DNA of 64,000 bases from a virus, in the IMG/VR virus record IMGVR_UViG_3300045988_139474, positions 88,908 through 152,907 of that record. One strand, given 5' to 3'. Within the stretch, counting starts at the first letter, position 1; each line of letters starts with the position of its first letter. The position numbers and the translations under genes are program-made. This document shows, piece after piece, positions 55,522 to 62,010 of this stretch. Below the pieces are notes generated by a model. It saw only the letters and a program-made list of their open reading frames with translations. It did not search any database and was not told the origin of the DNA.

Positions 55522-55575
55522 GACGGACTCAACCTAGTGAACCGCATTCAATCTTATTTTACAAGGAAAGACAAC

Positions 55576-56277
55576 ATGAATAAAGACGTTGCATGGCTAC
55601 AAGAGTGGCTCAATAGCAAAGGCGCAAATCTCAAGGTTGATGGTGTAGGCGGTTCTTTGACCCGCGCTGCATTCATCACCCTGTTTACCAACAAAGAAGC
55701 AAAGGCTATCACTCAGGCTGAGCTTGACCAGATTGCTAAGGACTTGGGCGACACTAGTGCAAAACGCATTCAAGCCGTTGCTAAGGTTGAATCTGCAGGC
55801 TCAGGCTGGTTCGATTCAGGCCTACCTAAAATCCTGTATGAGCGTCACAAATTCTATAAGCATACCAAAGGCCGTTTTGGTACGACCTATTACAGCAATC
55901 GCCTGCCTGGCGGTTACACTATGGACGCTGACCGCAACGGTATCAACGACAGTTGGGAAAAGCTCGCAACAGCCGTCTGCTTAGACCCGAAAGCTGCCCT
56001 GATGTCTGTTTCTATCGGTAAATTCCAAGTGTTGGGTGAGTATTACGCCTTCTGCGGTTATGAGCACCCAATTGAAATGCTTTGGGCTGCTCGCAATTCT
56101 GAATACTCGCACTATACAATGCTGCGAGATTTCATCTTGAAAGTGGCCAATATCAAGCCGCAATTCCTCCGACTATCTACCAACCCATCAGACAATATCC
56201 CATTCGTATCTCGCTACAATGGACCAGCATATGCTAAAAACAACTATCACGTAAAAATCGCCCAAGCAATGCGGTAA
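55576..56277 (+). CDS. endolysin: peptidoglycan-binding domain plus N-acetylmuramidase domain
   Basis: ATG at 55576 with RBS AGGAAAG. LQEWLNSKGANLKVDGVGGSLTRAAF is PG_binding_1-like. VESAGSGWFDSGLPKILYERHKFYKHT is the Muramidase (former DUF3380) signature. Confidence 0.85.
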   Translation: MNKDVAWLQEWLNSKGANLKVDGVGGSLTRAAFITLFTNKEAKAITQAELDQIAKDLGDTSAKRIQAVAKVESAGSGWFDSGLPKILYERHKFYKHTKGRFGTTYYSNRLPGGYTMDADRNGINDSWEKLATAVCLDPKAALMSVSIGKFQVLGEYYAFCGYEHPIEMLWAARNSEYSHYTMLRDFILKVANIKPQFLRLSTNPSDNIPFVSRYNGPAYAKNNYHVKIAQAMR

Positions 56278-56326
56278 CAGCTTGAGGCGATTGCAATTCA
56301 AACCATTAGAATAAAAGGAAAATCCA

Positions 56327-57091
56327 GTGGACTTAGCAAAATTGATTGAGTCTTTGAAGGATTTCACGGTCAAGCGCATACTACTGCTGGCTGTTATCGG
56401 TATCGTTTCATTGGTTATTTGGAAGATAGACCCAATCCTGACCTACCTAGCCAGCCGACCGCCCAAACACACGGAAGCACCGCCAAAAACGGTTGAAAAA
56501 TTGCCTGCGATTATCTACGATTCAACCACTGACATACTCAAGGTTGCGAGAGTAGATACAGACAAACTGTTTCAGGCTGTTGAAAAAGTCGTTACAAACA
56601 CTAGTTTGCCTGTAACCTCTGTAGCTATCTACAAGTTTGTGCCTGGCAATATTCCACACGAATATCAAGGGCGCGTGTTAGTGTTTTATTGGAACAAACA
56701 GATAGGTAACGACCGAGAACAGGCAGAAGCCAAGATTGATGAAATCAACCTGAGATGGCTGCCTATCTGGTCAGGTAAAGATACGATTGAAGAATTATTG
56801 GACGGTCATCCGACCAAGTCCAAGCTTGTTGACCAAGAATTCAGATTTATCAATTCTAAAGGCCAAGAAGAGCTAGACAATATACCTTCAATCAACCAAG
56901 ACAGCATGATTCTGGACGGTGTAAAAGGGATTTATCGCTTTCCAATCAAGCGCAATGCTCATATCGTAGGCTACATCTCAATATTTTTGACTGAAGATAA
57001 TGTACCTGACGCGGATTTGCAGAAATACGCTGGCCTGATTTCGGCTAAGACCGCAAGGATGTTAGAGGACAACAAATATGAAGACGATTAG
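56327..57091 (+). CDS. membrane-anchored protein with GAF-like C-terminal pattern
   Basis: GTG start with RBS AAAAGGA. N-terminal TM segment ILLLAVIGIVSLVIW. C-terminal GIYRFPIKRNAHIVGYISIFLTE. Confidence 0.4.
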   Translation: MDLAKLIESLKDFTVKRILLLAVIGIVSLVIWKIDPILTYLASRPPKHTEAPPKTVEKLPAIIYDSTTDILKVARVDTDKLFQAVEKVVTNTSLPVTSVAIYKFVPGNIPHEYQGRVLVFYWNKQIGNDREQAEAKIDEINLRWLPIWSGKDTIEELLDGHPTKSKLVDQEFRFINSKGQEELDNIPSINQDSMILDGVKGIYRFPIKRNAHIVGYISIFLTEDNVPDADLQKYAGLISAKTARMLEDNKYEDD

Positions 57092-57635
57092 CATGTACTT
57101 AACAGCATTACTTTTGGTTATCTTATACGGCTGCGGAATACCGATTGACCAACAGACTAGCACTCAACCTGTTCATGTTGATAGTAACCGCTGTTTCAAG
57201 GATTTGGAGCTATCGAAAGATTCCAACCATCTCAATGAGTTCATCTTCGTGTACCGTATGAAGTATTCATCAGAGATAGCCATGACGAAGGAACTGGTAT
57301 ATTCAAGCCTTGAGGGTAAGTCCTTATGGCGTTCAGACGTCCAAGTGAAAACAAAAGACCCGAAACTACAGGCTGCTATCTTCAACAATCAACCAACCAT
57401 TCTCAGGGTTGCTGAGTTAACCAATACTGAAGCACTTGACCTTGAGCTTTTACGCAAGAACAACTTAGATTCCCTGTTGGTTTATCCGATTGAAACCAGA
57501 GACAACAAGAAGATTGCAGGCGTGATAATCATAGCCTACAATTGCCACAACTTGGAGCGTGAGATTTCGGCCGAGTATATCTTGTCTATTCCAAAAATGG
57601 CTATCAGGGAATCACTCATCTATGGGTGTAATTAA
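57078..57635 (+). CDS. putative lipoprotein, distant paralog of the previous gene
   Basis: Signal peptide plus LYGC lipobox-like motif. C-terminal SLLVYPIETRDNKKIAGVIIIAYN parallels the previous protein. Confidence 0.4.
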   Translation: MKTISMYLTALLLVILYGCGIPIDQQTSTQPVHVDSNRCFKDLELSKDSNHLNEFIFVYRMKYSSEIAMTKELVYSSLEGKSLWRSDVQVKTKDPKLQAAIFNNQPTILRVAELTNTEALDLELLRKNNLDSLLVYPIETRDNKKIAGVIIIAYNCHNLEREISAEYILSIPKMAIRESLIYGCN

Positions 57636-57637
57636 CC

Positions 57638-57970
57638 ATGAATCTTTTGAAAGCAACAGGGAGCGATACGACCTCCCTGTCTAAATTCGTGATGTTTGTA
57701 GGCCTGATAACGACAACAGGTGTTGTAATTTGGCAGGCCTATCAAGGAACGCTATCAACTGAAATCTTCAGTTGGTACGTCCTCACGACCTTTGGGGCTA
57801 ACAGCGTGAACAAGGCTATTTCGGTTGCCGGCAAGGTGACTGAACTCAAGCAACTTGTAAGTGCAGGGGTAGTCCCAACAGCAGAAGAGGAAACTCCAGA
57901 ACCAGCAGACGTTCAGCCTGCGGAGTTTTTCTATGCAACAGGTGTAACACCAACTGAAGAAAGGAAATAA
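57638..57970 (+). CDS. holin candidate
   Basis: 110 aa. Two predicted TM segments (FVMFVGLITTTGVVIW, IFSWYVLTTFGANSV), a charged C-terminus, and spanin genes next to it. Confidence 0.5.
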   Translation: MNLLKATGSDTTSLSKFVMFVGLITTTGVVIWQAYQGTLSTEIFSWYVLTTFGANSVNKAISVAGKVTELKQLVSAGVVPTAEEETPEPADVQPAEFFYATGVTPTEERK

Positions 57971-57972
57971 CC

Positions 57973-58401
57973 ATGTGGGCTGCTATCTTGGCAGCCTGCG
58001 GTCACTTCGTAAAAGGTAACTGGGCTTGGCTAGCAGTTTGCTTCGGCTTACTTGCTTTTGCTTGCTATGAAAATGTTCAGTTAGCTCGCACTATTGAAGA
58101 GGCGCACCGCAAGGCTGTAGAATGTAAAACTGCTACTGATGAGGCAAATAGACGGATTCTTGATTTGCATAACAAATTGACCTTCCAAAACATGTCTATC
58201 AGCGAGTATGAATCGCGTTCAAAATTCTTGGAGCTTGAATTGAGCAAGGTTCAAGAAGAGAATCAGGCATTGGCTGAGAAAACTAACAAGACGGTTGAAG
58301 AGAAATGGCAGGCCAAGCCGTTCACCTCAAATTGCGAAGCTAATGCAGACATATTGAAAGGTCAAGCAGACGGCCTAGCTAAGAAATGGAGTTCAGACTA
58401 A
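57973..58401 (+). CDS. i-spanin candidate
   Basis: 142 aa with an N-terminal TM segment, then a coiled coil. Confidence 0.55.
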   Translation: MWAAILAACGHFVKGNWAWLAVCFGLLAFACYENVQLARTIEEAHRKAVECKTATDEANRRILDLHNKLTFQNMSISEYESRSKFLELELSKVQEENQALAEKTNKTVEEKWQAKPFTSNCEANADILKGQADGLAKKWSSD

Positions 58402-58736
58402 TGAAACCGCTTATCGCAATATCAGCAACACTGGCTATGACTGGCTGCGTATCTAAGGCCGTTCATGAAGCAGAAGTGAAGCAACTTACAGTCGAGTTGG
58501 AGAAAGTCAAGACACAAACAGTCATTGTTAGCAAGCCTGTTATCTACTGTCCTGCCCCGAAAATCCCTGCGAAGCCGAAACTCGCTATTCAATCTATCAG
58601 CCCCCAATCCCAGAATGCTGATGTCTTGAGAGCATACGGCCAGTCAGTAGAGCAGTTGATTAATTACAGCAACACTCTGCGTCGCAATTTGAAGTCTTAC
58701 GAAGGCCTAGACAAACGTGTAAACAAGGAGCAATAG
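58401..58736 (+). CDS. o-spanin candidate (lipoprotein)
   Basis: ATG at 58401 overlaps the previous stop (TAATG). Lipobox LAMTGC, proline-rich, 111 aa. Confidence 0.6.
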   Translation: MKPLIAISATLAMTGCVSKAVHEAEVKQLTVELEKVKTQTVIVSKPVIYCPAPKIPAKPKLAIQSISPQSQNADVLRAYGQSVEQLINYSNTLRRNLKSYEGLDKRVNKEQ

Positions 58737-58737
58737 G

Positions 58738-58980
58738 ATGTATGCCCAAGAGATATTAGACCAGCTAGAACGCGAAAAACGCCATCAAGAAACGCGCCCT
58801 TGTAAGTTTTGCTCAAGCCAACCTGAATTTCATCGCAGTGAGCGACTGATAGTGCTGCGTTGTTCCAAATGCTCAATGATTGCTAGAGGCTATATTTCCG
58901 TGGGCTGCATCAAATCAGACGGTCAAGCAAGAACAGCAGCAAGGAAGTTGCTGATCTCATGGAATGAGAGGAACACATGA
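58738..58980 (+). CDS. Lar-family restriction-alleviation-like zinc-ribbon protein
   Basis: 80 aa. PCKFCSS...LRCSKCSM...AARKLLISWNERN fits the Lar pattern (CxxC...CxxC...WNxR). Confidence 0.55.
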   Translation: MYAQEILDQLEREKRHQETRPCKFCSSQPEFHRSERLIVLRCSKCSMIARGYISVGCIKSDGQARTAARKLLISWNERNT

Positions 58981-59807
58981 TAAATCGTGAGATTTTGGAA
59001 GTATTTGATAATTGCGAAGGCACTAAGAATCCGCTCAAGACTCAATCAGTACTGCTAGAAAGCAAGACGGCTAAGGCTAAAGAGTCATTGGCTGAAGTGA
59101 CTGCGCTGTTATTCCCTGCTGAAAGTAGCGATTCGCCCAGACGGCCTCAAGCCTCTGCTCAGGCTTCCTCTTCCGATTCTTCTGCTAACTTGTCGCCGAA
59201 ACAGAAGCTCATCAATGAATTCTTGAAAGGTACAGGCCTTGCTAAACAGCATTTAAGCCGTATCAAGCAGGCTACCAACAAAATCAGCCATGCTACAGGC
59301 TTGATTAAGAATTATTCGATTGAGAATCTGGCGGACATTCCAACCAAGTTTTCCGTAGTCGGTCAATACATGGCTGATAGGGGGCATGATTGTAATATCG
59401 TCAATTCAGTCTTTGGGGTAATGATGGGCGGAGGCAAAGCCTTGCTAGAATCCTTAGGGATTGAGACGCAGTTCATTACCGACTTATCAAGCAAGCTCAA
59501 CGGCTTCGTTGAGTTAGCTAAGAGGGGTGCGGAATACGTCAATGGTGCTATTGAAAGGTTCAATGCACTGGTTGGGGATGTTGAGTCTTTCATTAACAAT
59601 CTTGAAAGCAGGATAACCAATCTTGAGCAGCTGATTAAAAGTACGATTCAGGCTGAAATAGACAAGCTGAAAGAATTGATGATACGCAATCTCAATGCTA
59701 TGTGGGCTAGGAATTTGCCTGGTTGGTTGAAGAATGATTGTTTCAAGTCAGTCTTGTCTAATGCTTTGTCAGATAAAGTCGGTCGGTTGACTGAGGAACT
59801 GCTATAA
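58977..59807 (+). CDS. hypothetical protein (last gene of the rightward block)
   Basis: 276 aa, helical, with an S-rich linker. Confidence 0.55.
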   Translation: MINREILEVFDNCEGTKNPLKTQSVLLESKTAKAKESLAEVTALLFPAESSDSPRRPQASAQASSSDSSANLSPKQKLINEFLKGTGLAKQHLSRIKQATNKISHATGLIKNYSIENLADIPTKFSVVGQYMADRGHDCNIVNSVFGVMMGGGKALLESLGIETQFITDLSSKLNGFVELAKRGAEYVNGAIERFNALVGDVESFINNLESRITNLEQLIKSTIQAEIDKLKELMIRNLNAMWARNLPGWLKNDCFKSVLSNALSDKVGRLTEELL

Positions 59808-59850
59808 CAACAATTCAACATAATGCTAGGCATACAGCTGTCTAGCCTCT

Positions 59851-59889
59851 GCCCCTTTAGCCGTGATTGGTTGAAGGGGCTTTTTTATT
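59851..59889 (+). terminator. rho-independent terminator
   Basis: GCCCCTT / 16-nt loop / AAGGGGC, followed by TTTTTTATT. Confidence 0.8.
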
Positions 59890-60062
59890 GCGACTAAAAT
59901 TCTGGCGATTTTAGCTGGGTGCAGAGGGTTGAATGGTAAATGATTTGGTCAGCGAGTAGAAATTGGCTACCGCGTTGAAATAGACAGCAAACTTTCGATT
60001 CTAGCGTGATTGGGGAGGGTTCAGCAGTCAAGTATCGGATTTTCACTCCTGTTGGGTCAGGG

Positions 60063-60074
60063 TTCAGACGGCCT
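60063..60074 (-). repeat. DNA uptake sequence, AG-DUS 12-mer (inside repeat module)
   Basis: Exact match on the minus strand. Confidence 0.9.
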
Positions 60075-60140
60075 AAGCTAAGATTTCATACTTCAGCAGG
60101 GTTGAGTAAGATTTCAAGTCATCAGGCTTGTTTTGATACT

Positions 60141-60166
60141 TGACTGGCCCATCACACAGCCAGTCA
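60141..60166 (+). repeat. CA-loop hairpin (H-box) copy
   Basis: Stem TGACTGGC/GCCAGTCA (a completely different stem sequence), loop CCATCACACA. Confidence 0.7.
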
Positions 60167-60254
60167 GACGGTTGATTGACTTCAGCAGTATCATGTTTTT
60201 CACTCTCATGGCTGATTGATGATTGAGAGATTACAGTTAGTGTTTGTTTATCAA

Positions 60255-60412
60255 TTTATTAGTAATATAATATTTGTGTGTGTGTGATATTGTATCACAT
60301 CTATGACATTGAAATCGTTTATTTCGTTGGTAAGCAATTGTTTCAGCAGAAGAATTTTTAGCCAAAATCTTGGACTTATGTACGGAATCTTGTAGGGAAC
60401 AGGGTTCATCTT
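60255..60412 (+). repeat. R-element copy 8
   Basis: TATAAT at 60266-60271; (TG)6 at 60275-60286; anchor at 60293-60306. Terminal hairpin 60385-60407 (GAATCTTGT / AGGGA / ACAGGGTTC). Confidence 0.9.
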
Positions 60413-60563
60413 TCAAGTCTCAACAGTCAGTAGCAAGTTTCATCACTCAATGTTGGGTGATGTCTCCTCGATTCCTGTTGTTGCTTGAGCAGGGGTTCAG
60501 ACGGTCGGATTTCTAGGTTGCTGCTACAGCAGGGTTGAGTAAGGATGAATGAGTGTTTTCATC

Positions 60564-60595
60564 TCTTGCCTGCTACATTCACACCAGCAGGCAGA
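60564..60595 (+). repeat. CA-loop hairpin (H-box) copy
   Basis: Stem TGCCTGCT/AGCAGGCA, loop ACATTCACACC. Confidence 0.75.
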
Positions 60596-60663
60596 CGGAG
60601 GAATCCTTGAAGCTGAGATTTCACTCTCATGGCTGTTTGAGGGAGGAATCAGGGCTGTTAGAA

Positions 60664-60828
60664 TTTATTATAGTTATTAATAATCTGTGATTATATATTG
60701 TATCACATCTATGACATTGAAATCGTATATTTCGTGGATAAGTTTCTAATAAATCAGGGGAATTTTTAGACAAAATCTTGGACTTATGTACGGAATCCTG
60801 TACCCGCCAAGCTTCATCTCTCAATCGT
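60664..60828 (+). repeat. R-element copy 9
   Basis: Anchor at 60701-60714; V1 GATAAGTTTCTAATAAATCAGGGG; V2 TGTACCCGCCAAG. Confidence 0.9.
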
Positions 60829-60982
60829 CAACAATCAGCCTCAAGTTTCACTAGTCAGCAATTGAATTTGCTTTTCAGCTTTCGGTCGGTGCATGAATGC
60901 TGCTAATCAGTATTGATATTAATGATTTTCAGCACTCAATCGTCATTCGGTCGGAGGGTGTCCCAACACGGTTGAGATTCAA

Positions 60983-61013
60983 TTCTTGCCTGCCACTCAT
61001 CAGTCAGGCAGAA
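60983..61013 (+). repeat. CA-loop hairpin (H-box) copy
   Basis: TTCT-T-GCCTG / loop CCACTCATCAGT / CAGGC-AGAA. Confidence 0.65.
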
Positions 61014-61182
61014 CAGTCTCATGCTTCAGCAAGCTTGAGGGAGGATTCACCCTTCAGGGCTGATTGCTAAGATTTCATGCTTCAGCAGTCTCAAATTCTT
61101 GTTTTCCAGTCTCATGGCTGTTCTCAAGTCTCATGGCTGTTGGGGATTGAGAGTGAGGGACTGATTCATGACTGTTAGAAGT

Positions 61183-61340
61183 TTATTAGTTATATAATAC
61201 CTGTTGTTTGTTATTGTATCACATCTATGACATTGAAATCGTATATTTCGTGACTAACTCGTTATAAAATCAGGGAAATTTTTAGCCAAAATCCTGGACT
61301 TATGTTCGGAATCCCAATAGTTACAGGATTCATTCCTCAA
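61183..61340 (+). repeat. R-element copy 10
   Basis: TATAAT at about 61193-61198; anchor at 61217-61230; V1 ACTAACTCGTTATAAAATCAGGGA; V2 CAATAGTTACA. Confidence 0.9.
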
Positions 61341-61448
61341 CCATTGCTGTTCAGTCTCAAGTTTCACCAGTCAGCAATTGGTTTCATGATTCCGTCTCAA
61401 TCACACCCTCAGGCCGTCTGATTCCATTCTCATGCATGACTGTCCCTC

Positions 61449-61482
61449 TTCTTGCTTGCTCACACTCACACCGCAAGCAGAA
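61449..61482 (+). repeat. CA-loop hairpin (H-box) copy
   Basis: TTCT-T-GCTTGC / loop TCACACTCACACC / GCAAGC-AGAA. Confidence 0.75.
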
Positions 61483-61659
61483 CATTTCATGCTTCAATTT
61501 CGTTGCCTCAGCAATCTCATGCTTGACTGTTTCCGTTTCTTAGGCCGTCTATTCTTCTGATTGATGATTCTCAGTCTCATGTTTCAAGGATTCCATGCTC
61601 ATGGCTGTTGTTTCTCAAGTCTCAGTCTCAATGGTGTGTTAAATGTTTGTTGATTCTTC

Positions 61660-61812
61660 TATTAGTTATTATATACTTGTGTTGTGTATTTGTATCACAT
61701 CTATGACATTGGAATCGTATATTTCGCGGATAAGTTATTGTTTCTCAATCGCTATTTTTAGACAAAATCCTGTCTTTATGTACGGAATCCCAATCGTTAC
61801 AAGAAGCAATCA
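61660..61812 (+). repeat. R-element copy 11 (3' hairpin degenerate)
   Basis: Anchor at 61693-61706; V1 GATAAGTTATTGTTTCTCAATCGCT; V2 CAATCGTTACA. Confidence 0.85.
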
Positions 61813-61970
61813 TTGCAAAATTGAAAAACACGCTAGAAGCGAAAATTAGCCACTCTGTATCTTGAGTCAAGTCGTTATCTGGTCAGAAGTCCTAAACTGT
61901 CTAATTTTCGATTCTCGCTGTCGCAAAATCCCGATTAGGCCGTCTTGAATAGCTACTCAGTAAATAGACG

Positions 61971-62010
61971 CAAAAAGAAAAGCCCAACACTCGATTAAGA
62001 CTGCTGGGCT
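61971..62010 (-). terminator. rho-independent terminator of the leftward operon
   Basis: On the minus strand: AGCCCA / 18-nt loop / TGGGCT, followed by TTTCTTTTTG. Confidence 0.7.

Noticed and set aside
60720-60810. Resemblance of the R-element core to the Neisseria Correia repeat (from memory: GTGGATTAA..AAATCAGGACAAGG ... ATAGTACGGAA). The R-element has GTGGATAAGTTTCTAATAAATCAGGGG ... TTATGTACGGAA, at similar spacing.
   Set aside because: This was not adopted as a call. The R-element has no terminal inverted repeats and no TA target duplication, and the match rests on my recollection of the Correia consensus. It is worth a formal alignment, since a distant evolutionary link cannot be excluded.
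61018-61030. TCATGCTTCA boxes resemble the T4 MotA box (TGCTTYA) of middle promoters.
   Set aside because: The boxes are not positioned near -30 relative to any -10-like hexamer, and they occur in multiple copies far upstream. No MotA/AsiA-like genes are visible in the window. The resemblance is probably coincidental.
59890-61860. CRISPR array interpretation of the repeated modules.
   Set aside because: The repeat unit is about 155 bp of conserved sequence within 420-510-bp modules, not 25-40-bp repeats with unique spacers of similar size. The sequence between the cores is itself repetitive. Copies are dispersed over 56 kb, and no cas-like gene is in the window.
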